Shown in pieces: positions 34,793 through 48,767 of a stretch of 64,000 nt of DNA. The DNA comes from Octopus bimaculoides (lineage: Eukaryota), in contig NC_068990.1 of the NCBI RefSeq assembly GCF_001194135.2, forward strand, positions 11,853,293-11,917,292, written 5' to 3'. How positions within the stretch are numbered: the first letter of the stretch is position 1; each line of letters begins with the position of its first letter. A program made the translations under genes and the position numbers. The notes beneath the pieces were generated by a model that saw only the letters and a program-made list of their open reading frames with translations, was not told where the DNA came from and searched no databases.

Positions 34793-35822
34793 ATGTTTAA
34801 TGTCCATTTTCCTTACTGGTGTGAGTTAGATGGATTGCCAGTACCTGATGGATTTGAGGACTGTACTATGTTACAGTGTCTGCCTTGGCCTGGTTTCTAT
34901 TGCTGGATAACTTCCATAATACCAAAGACCTTACAGAGTGCACTGGTGTGCTTTGTTGTGGAACTATCAAAAATAAGGTCTCCATGCAGCTTCTATGACT
35001 AAGATTCTCTTCAAATGAGTGATGCTGCAGTAAGGGAAGATGACTTCATTCATACATATAGACTACACACACAAACACAAACAAACACATACATACACAT
35101 ACAAACATGAATATTTAATATAGACATATCCTTATAGAGTTTTGGAATATGGCTTTATCAAAGTTTAAAATTCCAATCATTTTATCAAGTTCCATTGTTA
35201 CTCGCACTATTGTTCCATGAGATTCTTAAGAGTATTCTTATATTTCTTGAAGATGATATGCATATTTAATTCTTGTTCCTTTTCAAATTGTTATAGTTTA
35301 CTGTACTTTTACATCTCGTAAGCATTTCAGTCACCATGTCACTTAACTCTCGAGATTGCAATACTTGATATATACATATGTGTGTGTGTGTGTGTGTATG
35401 TAGGTAGGTAGGTGTGTGTCTGTGTATGTGTAGATAGATAGGTATATATAAGTATATATATATATATATATATATATATNNNNNNNNNNNNNNNNNNNNN
35501 NNNNNNNNNNNNNNNNNNNNNNNNNNNNNNNNNNNNNNNNNNNNNNNNNNNNNNNNNNNNNNNNNNNNNNNNNNNNNNNNNNNNNNNNNNNNNNNNNNNN
35601 NNNNNNNNNNNNNNNNNNNNNNNNNNNNNNNNNNNNNNNNNNNNNNNNNNNNNNNNNNNNNNNNNNNNNNNNNNNNNNNNNNNNNNNNNNNNNNNNNNNN
35701 NNNNNNNNNNNNNNNNNNNNNNNNNNNNNNNNNNNNNNNNNNNNNNNNNNNNNNNNNNNNNNNNNNNNNNNNNNNNNNNNNNNNNNNNNNNNNNNNNNNN
35801 NNNNNNNNNNNNNNNNNNNNNN

Positions 35823-35854
<32 letters not shown>

Positions 35855-36467
35855 CACATATATCCATATCAACGCATGTGTGTGTATGTATGTATGTACT
35901 TTTATTACAGTTCCTATCATCATTACTTTTTTTTTATATATATACATTTTATTCATTAAAAAATATATATGTTTCTTTTATTTTACTTCAGAATTGTCAA
36001 TGGAGCATCTTACTTTAATTTCCTTGACATAAATTTTAAATAATGGTAGTTTATGATGCTGAATCACTTTTTAACAACTTCCTTCTGTTCAAGGGATTCC
36101 AATGCTGCAAGAATTTGTATGCCAATATACTTCAACACATATGGTTTTTATTTCAAAAAACACTATAATTACAGATATTTACACTCAATACACATTGGTG
36201 TTTTGTTTTATATTTGATATAGGAGTATTATACAATTGTATTTTTCTTAATTTTATGTGTGATGCAGTAGGAAGATTACTTATCTTATTATGTTAGGTCA
36301 TTATTCTTTAATTTCTTTGTTGTTGTTTTGTTTTTTTGTATTTGTGGTCTGCATTTTTATTTGTATGTTTTTTTTGTTTCTGTATGTTTTATTGCTGCTA
36401 CTACTACTAGAATGAAATTACTTTGTGAGTAATAAAATACATGAAATGAAATTTAGGGATATATATA

Positions 36468-36468
36468 T

Positions 36469-36504
<36 letters not shown>

Positions 36505-36632
36505 GTTTAACGTCTGCCTTCCATGCTAGCATGGGTTGGACGATTTGACTGAGGACTGGTGAAACCGGATGGCAACACCAGGCTCCAATCTAATTTGGCA
36601 GAGTTTCTACAGCTCGATGCCCCTCCTAACGC
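36468..36632 (-). mobile_element. Family B 3' end
   Basis: (CAT)n-cgtttaacgtctgccttccatgctagcatggg... Confidence 0.9.
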
Positions 36633-36679
36633 CATATATGTATGTGTATATATATATATATATATATGCATATATATGA

Positions 36680-36714
<35 letters not shown>

Positions 36715-37099
36715 TTTATATATATTGTGTGTGTATACACATATAAACACACAGACATATACACACACACACACACATATATAAACAATACAAACATATA
36801 TATTCATATACATAATTAGCTTACATTCTATCTTTTATATTAATTTAAACATTTTTTTTATTTGCTAGTTTTTAATTTAATTTTATTTGTAAAGTCATTC
36901 TTAAATTTACTATGTATGTGTTCTTTGATGTATGCAAATATATATCTACATTTATTATTTAAGTTTACTTGTGTGCATATGTGTTGTATGTGTATCTGTT
37001 CATGTGTGTGTATATAGTGCATATGCATATATATGTATGTATGTATATAGCTGTCTATCTAGCTATTTAGCTATCTATCTATCTAATCTACCTATCTAA

Positions 37100-37161
<62 letters not shown>

Positions 37162-37279
37162 CAAATGATATGTGAGCATATGCATATATACATACATATA
37201 TGTACATACCTACATCTACATGTATATACAGATGCATATCTGGGTACAGGACGTCAAATATATATATATAACAAAAGTT

Positions 37280-37885
37280 TAATGACCCCTTTCAGTCATG
37301 AATGACCATATGATTGCATGCAGAATGTTCCCCTCTGAGGCACAAGTCTGGGCAAGGTTGTTTATGGAAAAGATCAGCCGTGATCCATGCATACCAGGCT
37401 CCCCTCTCCATACCACTGATGCTATCCAACGAAAAGACAGATGCAGCTTAGATGCCAATCACTCCGAGAGTGTAGTGGGTGTTTTTATGTGCCACCAGCA
37501 CAAGGGCCAGTTACGCAGTACTGGCAACGGCCATGCTCAAAATTGATGTTTTTTACGTGCCACCTGCACAGGAGCCAGTCCAGCGGCACTGGCAACGACC
37601 TCACTTGAATGATTTTCTAATGTGCCAGTAAGGCGATGCTGGTAATGATCGTGCTCAAATGGTGCTATTTACAGGCCAGTAGCGAGGAAGCCAGACAGCT
37701 GCTCTGCCAATGATCATGCTCGGATGGTGCTGTTAGTGCTCCACTGGCACAGGTGTCAGTCATCGAATATGGTTCAATTATGATTTCGATTTCACTTGCC
37801 TCAACAGGTCTTCACAAGCAGAGTTTAGTGTCCAATGAAGGAGAGGTTGGCATGGGTGCCAGTCGTCGAATTTGGTCCAATTTCG
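37280..37885 (-). mobile_element. Chimeric repeat: family F 3' part joined to family B subrepeats and RTE ORF end
   Basis: 37280-37445 matches 58990-59140; 37450-37862 matches 17775-17998 and 1005-1288. Confidence 0.75.
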
Positions 37886-38864
37886 ATTTCAAATGTATAT
37901 ATATATATATAGCAAATGAAAGACGGAAGATGGAATAGATGAGAATTTATTAATCACAACAATTGTTTCCACACATCTAGTTTGGTAATGAGAGGAAATA
38001 TACATGTACAAGTAATGCATTAATTCTTTAATATGGTATCGGTTTTATTTCTCAACTAAGGATATAAATTATTACCACCAAATTATTTAGAAATTATTTA
38101 TAATTATTCATTGTGTCTGTTAACTGAGTCATTCTTCAATTAATGTGATTTAAGTTGACTTTCTTGAGTAAATGTGAATCTTATTACATCATATATGTAC
38201 GCATATCAATGCTGTATGTTCGATACTATCAGAGAAGGTGGCATGCAATTGGTTCTAATAAAGACAGCAAAACACAAAATCATTTGTTGTTGTGCAAGGA
38301 ATATGCTACAAGGATATAAATGCAATTTTCCACTATCTGAATTCCAGTAATAAAAAACATGCTTGCAAAATTTACCTACTGCTGTAATTCTGTATTTAAG
38401 ATCAATGTTAATAAGTTTTGTCATATAAAATACTAAAAACAATTACCGTAAACAATAGCTGATATTGTTATGTCGACAGCCCCAGACTCCAGTCTGATTA
38501 TAATCTTTGTTTCTGAGTGTGTGTTATTAGATTAGAAAACAAATTACGATAAGATTATATCATGGTATTACAAGAACAGAGTTGTATATGAAGAAAATAA
38601 ATTTCAGTTAATTAATCCTCAATGGAATTTATGCATTCAACATCTCACATATAAACAAACCTGGATAATATGGATAACGTGTTGTTAGAATCTTGCACAC
38701 CATTACTCCTAAGATTTGTTACCATTGTATTAGCATACTGTCCTTCCATATCATTGGATAATTCTAGTCAGGTGTATGCCTTGTAGAAGAACTGGCATGA
38801 AATGTTGTGGCAGTGGACAGAAAAATTACTTTCTCATTGGGATCTATGATTATTCTTTTCTACC

Positions 38865-39065
38865 CTAGGCTTAATGTCTGAAATTTTGGAGGAGAGGACC
38901 AGTCAATTAGATCAACCCAGTATGCAACTGGTACTTAATTTATCGACCCCTGAAAGTATGAAAAATAAAGTCGACCTCTGCAGAATTTGAACTCAGAATG
39001 TAAAGACAGACAAAATACTGCTAGGCATTTTGCCTGGTGTGCTAATGTTTCTACCAGCTTACCAT
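38865..39065 (-). mobile_element. SINE family C copy including tRNA-like head
   Basis: ctggtacttaatttatcgaccc..aaagtcgacctc..gaatttgaactcagaatg..ctaggcattttgcctggtgtgctaa. Confidence 0.85.
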
Positions 39066-39138
39066 CTTGGGTTCCAAGGTTATTGCATGAGCTTAATATC
39101 TATAATAAATTTATCTTCGAGTATTGGGTACTGCTCAA

Positions 39139-40275
39139 TCATCATCATCATCATCATCATCGTTTAACGTCCGCTTTCCATGCTAGCATGGGTTGGACGA
39201 TTTGACTGAGGACTGGTGAAACCGGATGGCAACACCAGGCTCCAGTCCGATTTGGCAGAGTTTCTACAGCTGGATGCCCTTCCTAACGCCAACCACTCAG
39301 AGAGTGTAGTGGGTGCTTTTACGTGTCACCCGCACGAAAACGGCCACGCTCGAAATGGTGTCTTTTATGTGCCNNNNNNNNNNNNNNNNNNNNNNNNNNN
39401 NNNNNNNNNNNNNNNNNNNNNNNNNNNNNNNNNNNNNNNNNNNNNNNNNNNNNNNNNNNNNNNNNNNNNNNNNNNNNNNNNNNNNNNNNNNNNNNNNNNN
39501 NNNNNNNNNNNNNNNNNNNNNNNNNNNNNNNNNNNNNNNNNNNNNNNNNNNNNNNNNNNNNNNNNNNNNNNNNNNNNNNNNNNNNNNNNNNNNNNNNNNN
39601 NNNNNNNNNNNNNNNNNNNNNNNNNNNNNNNNNNNNNNNNNNNNNNNNNNNNNNNNNNNNNNNNNNNNNNNNNNNNNNNNNNNNNNNNNNNNNNNNNNNN
39701 NNNNNNNNNNNNNNNNNNNNNNNNNNNNNNNNNNNNNNNNNNNNNNNNNNNNNNNNNNNNNNNNNNNNNNNNNNNNNNNNNNNNNNNNNNNNNNNNNNNN
39801 NNNNNNNNNNNNNNNNNNNNNNNNNNNNNNNNNNNNNNNNNNNNNNNNNNNNNNNNNNNNNNNNNNNNNNNNNNNNNNNNNNNNNNNNNNNNNNNNNNNN
39901 NNNNNNNNNNNNNNNNNNNNNNNNTCAGCTTTTCTCTCAAGATACTTACACTCTGACGGGTATTCACATTGACATTACACATCCAATGGAGCATACTGGC
40001 TTCATTCCTTGCGAGCTTACGTATGTCCTCAGCAGTTACAGCCCATGTTTCACTGCCATGTAGCATGGTTGTTCGTACGCATGCGTCATACAGTCTGCCT
40101 TTTACTCTGAGTGAGAGTCCCTTTGTCGCCAGCAGGGGTAAGAGCTCTCTAAACTTTGCCCAGGCTATTCTTATTCTAGCAGCTACACTTTCAGCGCACC
40201 CACCCCCACTACTAACTTGGTCGCCCAGATAGCGGAAGCTATCGACTACCTCTAGTTTTTCACCCTGGAATGAGA
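39139..40275 (-). mobile_element. 5'-truncated young RTE LINE spanning a gap
   Basis: MLHGSETWAVTAEDIRKLARNEASML.WMCNV (ORF 39365-40066) on one side of the gap and the family B 3'UTR/(GAT)n tail on the other. Confidence 0.9.
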
Positions 40276-40341
40276 TAGAAGTTGTTATAAACCAAATATG
40301 TGCTGTGTGTGTATTTATACATAGATAAATTTCATCATCAT

Positions 40342-40389
<48 letters not shown>

Positions 40390-40394
40390 ATGTA

Positions 40395-40603
40395 TAAAAT
40401 CAAAATAAGCAACAAGGATATTCAAGGATAATGCAGTACGATCGTTTCATGAGACTCCATTTATTTAAGCAATGTGAGCATTACATTAAATGTAAAATGC
40501 AGAGCAATCCTCAACTGCACAAAGATATAGAAATTTACTGAAATTTCTTTTCAGTAGAAGGACATTTTATTGTAACTACATTTAAACAATTGTTTAAATG
40601 TAG
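40395..40603. mobile_element. Unclassified dispersed repeat, possibly Penelope-like, ending in a perfect 28-bp palindrome
   Basis: ctacatttaaacaattgtttaaatgtag at 40576-40603; second hairpin actgaaatttcttttcagt. Confidence 0.35.
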
Positions 40604-40604
40604 G

Positions 40605-41112
40605 CACCTGTTATGTGGTGGCACAAGAGACCAGGTAAAGTAAGTTCACCAGGACAATCATGATAATCCCCTGCCACAATGATTATTTTTTCGCAGCTTT
40701 GAGGAAGTTCATGAAGAGGTTTCATCGCAAAAGGTCAGAGTTCTTCAATTTTGATCGGTGGCACCTGCACCAGAACAATGCACCAGTCCACAGTTCCATC
40801 CTGGAAACCGACTACTTCAAATAGATGGGTAACACAATTGCCCATCACATTTCCTACAGTCTAGACCTCGCTACCTGTGACTTTTGGTTATTCCTCAACT
40901 TGAAGGAATGGTTGATGGAGGCTGTGACAAGGGTCCTGAACATCTTCACTTTCAAGGACTTCCCTGGGGCTTTCATGAAGTGGCTGTAGTGCTCCAACCA
41001 GTGCACTGAAGTTAGAGAATCCTACTTCGAAGGTGATTAGAGCTTTGTACATTTTTGAAATTAATTAATGTCTCTCATGAAAAAGTCTCAAACCATATCT
41101 GCACCTTGCCTA
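40605..41112 (+). mobile_element. Mariner (DD34D) transposase C-terminal relic with 3' end
   Basis: RF.RKR, WHLHQNNAPVH, YS.DLA.CDFWLFP.LK and YFEGD motifs. Confidence 0.88.
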
Positions 41113-41292
41113 TATACATGTGTTTGTGTGCATTTCTGTGTATATGTGCATGTATGTAGATGTATATATCTATACACCCAGACACACACACACACACGTA
41201 TATATATATATAGATATGTATGTATGTGTATGTATGTATATATATACACACACACATACATACATACACATACATACGTATGTGTGTGTGTC

Positions 41293-41333
<41 letters not shown>

Positions 41334-41891
41334 NNNNNNNNNNNNNNNNNNNNNNNNNNNNNNNNNNNNNNNNNNNNNNNNNNNNNNNNNNNNNNNNNNN
41401 NNNNNNNNNNNNNNNNNNNNNNNNNNNNNNNNNNNNNNNNNNNNNNNNNNNNNNNNNNNNNNNNNNNNNNNNNNNNNNNNNNNNNNNNNNNNNNNNNNNN
41501 NNNNNNNNNNNNNNNNNNNNNNNNNNNNNNNNNNNNNNNNNNNNNNNNNNNNNNNNNNNNNNNNNNNNNNNNNNNNNNNNNNNNNACAGAGAAAGAGAGA
41601 GAGAGAGATATGTATATAATAATTATACAGCACACTGCGTTTGTTGGATGATATGAAATTTTTAAAGTAAGTCAAACCTACAATTTTACCCTTACTGCTT
41701 TCAATATAAATAAGTGTAAACATAAGTTTAAAATGCTTTTATCTCTCTGTGGGCAATTTCGGGATTGTCCTCACTCTTTTCATCTCTATTTGGTGAATCA
41801 TAAGAGAAATGAAAGCATTTGTTTACATTTGTTTACTCTTGTTTATATTAAACACTGTGAGGCTAAAACTGTAAATACAACACACATTTAT

Positions 41892-41929
<38 letters not shown>

Positions 41930-42068
41930 ACATACATTGCACATATACAAATATATATATGTGTGTGTGTGCCTATATAAATAGAGAGACAGAGAAACAG
42001 GCAGGGTGAGAGAGAGAAAAACATATATATGCATATATGTGTATGCATATATATATGTGTGTGTATTT

Positions 42069-42107
<39 letters not shown>

Positions 42108-42139
42108 CACACACATGCACACACATGCATATATAAATT

Positions 42140-42370
42140 TCATCTTTTTTATCTCTTACTTGTTTTAGTCATTAGACTGTGGCCAAGCTGGGGCATCACC
42201 TCTAAAGATTTTAGTCAAACAAATTGGCACCAGTACTTTTTTTAATTTAAATCCTGATATTTATTCTACCAGTCTCTATTGTTGAACTGCTAAGTTATAG
42301 AGATATTAGCACACCAACACCAGCTATCAAGCAGTGATGGGAGAGAAACACAGACACAACGACACACACA
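42140..42370 (-). mobile_element. SINE family A 3' half (diverged)
   Basis: tcttacttgttttagtcattagactgtggccaagctggggcatcacc. Confidence 0.7.
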
Positions 42371-42629
42371 CGTACATAAATATATATTTTTGAATAGATT
42401 TAACCGTAGATCGATTTGATTATTAACAGAATTATTAATTGAATTGGTTTTAGTAGTTATCTTTTTGAAAATGTAGACACGAAACGTGCGTAGTAATTTT
42501 ATACAATTTACTAGTTATTCTTTTTGTATTTTATTGATTTTTTGAATAAGGTTTTTGTGATATATTTGTTTTCTGGAGGGTGTAAGTTGAGTTCTTCTTT
42601 GTTGAATTATTTAATAGTGGTCTTTCTTT

Positions 42630-42674
<45 letters not shown>

Positions 42675-42865
42675 TATTATTTATTTATGCACCCTTTTAA
42701 AACCTAGCCAGGCTCATGGGCCCGGTTTCCCGGATTATATGGTGTATGTGTTCCCCCCCAGCTGGATGGGACACCAGTCCATCGCAGTGTTACTCAAGAA
42801 ACAGGAAGAAAGAGTGAGATATATATATATACATATATGGTTTTTGTATGCACCTATATGTACAA

Positions 42866-42907
<42 letters not shown>

Positions 42908-43110
42908 GTATGGTTTTTATCCAAAATCGAGACAAATGCCATCCCTCCATGTGATCGGCTCGAAAAATTGTTAGGTTATTAAGATATTTTTCTTAACATG
43001 AAACTGGTGGTAGCCTTAATATACGAATAAAGAAATTCTGTCTACCAATGCGGTGTTGAGCACTCATTTTCCTCGTTCAACATTTGTGTGTGTGTGTGTG
43101 TGTGTGTGCA

Positions 43111-43145
<35 letters not shown>

Positions 43146-45389
43146 TTTGTGGTTGTAGAGATCACTTCTTAACCACATGGATCCATGTTTTATTTCACTG
43201 CATGGTTCATGAAGCTAGTGTCTTTCACTCAGGCTACCCATTATCTTGGAAACTTTATGGCAGTCTGTCATGTATGCATACATGCATAATATATATATAT
43301 AACCATAATATACATAGTACATACACGCATATATACATGATGCATATACCTCATGTATAACACACATAACATATATAATATATACAATATAATTTATACA
43401 ATATATCTCTTGTATGCATACAACTGTAAGCAACAATAACAGCAATAATCTTTATAATTTCATAATGAATAAATTAAAATTTTTAATTTCTGTTTTGATT
43501 TTTTTTTTTTTGTTTTGATAATAATTAGCTTGAACACTAATGACCTTTCTTTTCATTACCAGTGTATTTTACCCTCATCATCATCGTGGTTCACACCAAG
43601 TTGCCTATACTTATCAATGCATGCATCTATGCATTTATACATGCTTGCATTTATCGGTGTATATATGAATATGTATGCTGGCTGCTCTTTTATGCATATG
43701 CATGTGTTTGAGTATGATTAAATATTTTGAGTACATGTGGCCACATGTATGATGTGTGCGTGAATCTGTGTATGTTAGCACATGGAAATATATATGCGGT
43801 TGTGTTGGTGTTTATGTTTCCATGTGTGTCTGTGTAAAACCGTAAAAGTTCTTCATAAACTTAGATTTTCTCAATTTCATAAAATTCTGGTTTGCCATGG
43901 AATTCAAATTGCTCTCGAGGAAGAGAGCTTAGGTCAATAAATTCTATTATATCAAGGCAGATGGAATGGTCACTTAAGGGCTGGTTCTAATTGCACTTGT
44001 CAGTTTTAATATATATTTAATTTAGTTGGCTTACTGGTGCAAAAAGCTGCTTGTCATTCTATTGCTTATGATTGTAGATGCTTTACAACACTTGTAAGTC
44101 ATTGCAGCTGCATAATCCAGATTTAATATGCTGTAGGTGGAAAACAGAGAATCTACAGGAGTGAAAGATATAGCAGTAATGCAGAAGTTATGGTTTCCAC
44201 CCTCATAAACCAAAATAGGGTATAGTTACTTTCAAGTTTTCGCCCACTAACAAAACAATAAATAAGCTTTTAAAGAATCTCTTGTCGTGCTCATAGTAAC
44301 CAATAGCTTCTCCTTCAATGGGTTCCTTGCTGATTTTAAGATATATGGGCCAGCATGTTTTACTGTCAGGAGTTTTAGGAAGCCTTCCTTTTACAAAACA
44401 CACTGTTGATCACTGTAGCTGAAAGATTTAAATTATTGTTTTGCGAGACCAGCTACTTCAATAATACATGTCTTCCTAAATCTAACTGGATTTGCCCTAA
44501 ATCAATTTTAAATTTCCTCAATGAATAATTATGGTTGTCCTTCCATTTGAAATTGTCATAACTGCACTTTATAACTGACACTTCTTTAGAACCAAAAAAT
44601 ACTTTTGCTCCGATCCATTGCTGACCTTCACTAATGCTCAAGCGTGATTCATATCAATTACTCCTCAAATATCTTTATCTCTTACGTGTTTCTGTCATTG
44701 AAATGTGGTTATGCTGGGACACTGCCTTAAATATTCTTTTAGTAAAATGAATCAATGCAATAGATTTCCATTTTTGTATTTGGAACTCATTCTATCAGTC
44801 TCTTTTACTGTATAATACTCAAGAAAAGTTAGGACAGTCAAGGCTAGAACACCAGTTGAACAAAGTAATGTCTCAGTCAATGTCACTGTTGTTTAGCCTG
44901 TAGGTCAATCTTACAACCTATGAGTAAAGATAATCAAGCCATCTTAAAACACCATCATTTTTCTGTCATGCACAATGTATCAAGGACTACAACATTAGCC
45001 AGTGTGCTCTCTTTTTTAAGATAGCCGAATACTGTATGAGGAAGATACGGCTTCTCTTTTTAGTAACTCATTCAATGGTTCCATTAATGTTTTCTCTGCC
45101 AGTGTCATCTTACAAAATTTCAAAATGAACATGAATCACAAATTACTGACAAATGGTACTGGTGTAGCAGAAATGATAAGTTAACTTGCTAAATTATCTT
45201 GTAATTCTATTATTTCAACCAGATTTTCAACATATAAAATGTATCGGGCAGTGAACAGTGTTAATAAACCAAGATTATGCTAGCTGTAAATGGACCACAT
45301 TACTTCAAACTATATCCTATCATGTTCGGGTCATATAGAATCACCTTTATGTTCTTACGGAGATTATTCAGAAACTTTATAGTACTATA

Positions 45390-45406
45390 TGAGAAAGCAA
45401 GAAAGG

Positions 45407-45450
<44 letters not shown>

Positions 45451-45600
45451 GGACTCAGTGAGAGGGGTGAGAGAGAGGAGGAGAAAATGAGAAAAAAAGA
45501 AGTGAGTGAGAGAGGTGAGAGAAGAGGAGAGAAAGAGTGGGAGAGGGAAGTGAGTGAGAGGGGTGAGAGACAGAGAGAAAAAAATCAGAGAGAGAAGAAC
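45390..45600. repeat. (GA)n / purine-rich low-complexity tract
   Basis: Directly visible; explains the ERERER ORF 45277-45636. Confidence 0.9.
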
Positions 45601-45864
45601 TTGGTCCTCAAAAGGTTACCAAGTTTGGAAATATGATTCATTCTCAGAGATAATGCTATTCAACAATAAGAACTTCTAATACAAAGAAGCTGCAAAAGAA
45701 TTTAACAACAGAAGCATGCAGTTTTTCTTTATACTTCTTTTGTTTTTTTTTTTAGTTTTCATGCCTTTTGATTTTTATTCTTTTATTCTTATATATAAAG
45801 GGTCTTACGACCCTATTTTACTGTCATAATCTTCTGACTTCACCCAATTTAATTTACATAAATA

Positions 45865-45904
<40 letters not shown>

Positions 45905-46194
45905 TTTTTCTCATTGTCTCTCCACTTTTTCTTCTCAACCCTTTCTGCTGAAGAGCATAGACTTGAAATATCAAAGACTTTTCCATTCCTCCTGCACATC
46001 AAACTAATACACCTGGTTGTTCTTCTGTCACCTGCCTTCATCTTTTTTTTCTGTGAATTTGAATTATATATATGTGTGTGTGTATGTATGTGTACATGCA
46101 TATATATATGTGTGGGGGGAGTGTATATATGCGTGTGTGTATGTGTGTGCATACACACACATGCACACACATGCACACTCACACACATACACAC

Positions 46195-46360
46195 AACAGG
46201 TTTCCATACAGTTTTCGGCTACCAAATCCACTCACAAGGTATCGGTCAACTCAGGGCTATAGCAGAAGGCACTTACCCAAGGTGACACACAGTGGGGCTG
46301 AAACCCTAAACGTAGGGTGTTAAGGGACCTTCGTAACCACATAACCATGCTTGTGCCTTT
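46195..46360 (-). mobile_element. SINE family A head fragment
   Basis: ctaccaaatccactcacaagg..cacttacccaaggtgacacacagtgggg. Confidence 0.8.
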
Positions 46361-46969
46361 GTCTCTATTTTTTTTTTTAAATACATAAATATATTTTTGT
46401 ATATCGAATTTAACAAATAAAGAAAGGTTACTTCAATGACAATATTTCTCTTAATATACACTGACAATGTGTTTCATTTAGTTTTAGGTATAACAAAGAA
46501 TTTGGAGTAGTCTAGCTAAATAACATTTTCATTACTAAGTTGGTGTCTGGAACATAACTCAACAAAAGGTTCTGAGATAAAATTATGATTAAACATCTAA
46601 ATTTAACACTTTCATCATTGATGCATGTGAAACCATTTCTAATCTTAGATGAAATTTCATTATTACCTGACAGGTAATATCAGATGTCAGTAAGTAAACA
46701 TGTCTTTTATTAAGTTGAAAGTTAGTTATTTCCTTAAACAGCTAATAATTCTTGACTCTGTTGAATATTAAAACACAACCGCAGAATTATTTCTGTTAGG
46801 AATATGGTCACAAGGTGTTTTAAATATGGACTTTTCAAAATAAATGGTTTTTATTCTGTAGAATTAAGGTGTAAGGCATAAGGTTGAGAAGTTCACTTCT
46901 CTACTAAGGGCTTTAGGTTGGCTTCAGGTTCAGTCTCACTGTGTGACACCTTTGGTAAATGTCTTCTAG

Positions 46970-47150
46970 GGTGCAGGAGGGGCTGTCTGGTAAGTAGCTT
47001 GCTTACCAAGAAACATGGTTCTGGATTCAGTCCCTCTGCATGGCACCTTGGGCAAGTGTATTCTACTATAGCCTTGGGCCGGCCAAAGCCATGTGAGTGG
47101 ATTTGGTAGATGGAAACTGAAAGAACCCTGTCATATATATGTGTATAAGA
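46970..47150 (+). mobile_element. SINE family A head and CORE-like domain, ending at a gap
   Basis: ggtgcaggaggggctgtctggtaagtagcttgc...ggcaccttgggcaagtg. Confidence 0.85.
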
Positions 47151-47797
47151 TCGGAAGNNNNNNNNNNNNNNNNNNNNNNNNNNNNNNNNNNNNNNNNNNN
47201 NNNNNNNNNNNNNNNNNNNNNNNNNNNNNNNNNNNNNNNNNNNNNNNNNNNNNNNNNNNNNNNNNNNNNNNNNNNNNNNNNNNNNNNNNNNNNNNNNNNN
47301 NNNNNNNNNNNNNNNNNNNNNNNNNNNNNNNNNNNNNNNNNNNNNNNNNNNNNNNNNNNNNNNNNNNNNNNNNNNTATATATATATATATATATGTACTC
47401 ATGGACAACAGACATTAAATGATGATGACGATGATATAAATAAATATATATATATGGTGTTTTCTCTATCTTTGCAGATGTTGGCCATCTTGTGCTTTCT
47501 CACTGCCAAAGGCTTGTCTAACTTTCTGTCCATGACCTCCCAGATGACTATTCACTCCCTCAGCAAATCTGGATGGGTCTGCACACTTCTAACACTCTAA
47601 CACTATTCTAACACTCTAGGACTCTCGGTAGATGGGTGACAAATAAAGTCACCAGAAAGAGACCATCTGTATGTATTTGGATTATAATGATAAATGCTTG
47701 TACAACACGAGTACCTCTCACTTAGTCTCCGTGATTGATTAGTACTTAGTGACAGGCTGAAGCGGAACTGCAGATTCTATATCAGACTGACACTCTC

Positions 47798-47870
<73 letters not shown>

Positions 47871-47879
47871 CGTGTGTCT

Positions 47880-48155
47880 GTGTGCAGGCACGTGTGCATG
47901 TATGTTGTACATGCATCTCTGTCTTGAAATGTGATAGTTATGAGCAAAACTGACTGTCATGTAAGCAGTGTCTTTTATTTCCAGTCTTTTATGTAAAACA
48001 TGTCTACTATGCGAACATATTGCCTCGCTTGGAAACAAGAGAGGATTAGTAGCAACAAAGACACTCAGTGTAGATAAAGCCACTGCAGTGAAATCCCTGT
48101 AATCCATGCAAGCATGGAAGAAAGTGGGTATTAAAATGACGATAATGACGATGAT
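47880..48155 (+). mobile_element. Family E copy (diverged) with (GAT)-type tail
   Basis: Reverse complement of 55915-56190; ends ccatgcaagcatggaag..ttaaaatgacgat. Confidence 0.65.
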
Positions 48156-48417
48156 AAAAATGGTAGCAACATTAAACTAGTGGTAGTCTTAAAGAAACTG
48201 GCCTCAAAATGATCAATTTGTAGTGTTGTTCATTATCGTCATCATTTTCCTGTGACTGGTGCATTCTGGTCATTGAGCTGATGTGCTGGTAGTCGATAAT
48301 CACCACTGGTACCCAAATTACTCCACATGCAGAGGACTCACTGTTGAGATCTGTGTGGATCTTATGCTTTAGGATCAAGGTTTTCATCATCTACCACTTC
48401 TTTGCCTTCCTTCGTAA

Positions 48418-48419
<2 letters not shown>

Positions 48420-48455
<36 letters not shown>

Positions 48456-48736
48456 CTAAACATAATGTACATAATTAAGCACACATACACACACACAGCT
48501 AAATATAATGCACATACATAACCACACACACACACACACACATACAGTTAAACATAATGTACATGCATAAGCACACACACATACACACGCAGCTAAATAT
48601 AATGCACATACATAACCATACACACACACAGAGCTAAACATAATGCACATACATAACCACACACTACCACACACACACACACACACATACACACACACAG
48701 AGCTAAACATGATGCACATACATAACCACACACTAC

Positions 48737-48767
<31 letters not shown>

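Noticed and set aside
47478-47600. Plus-strand acceptor followed by MLAILCFLTAKG...
   Set aside because: No donor, no recognisable protein, and it runs into a short ctaacact tandem repeat
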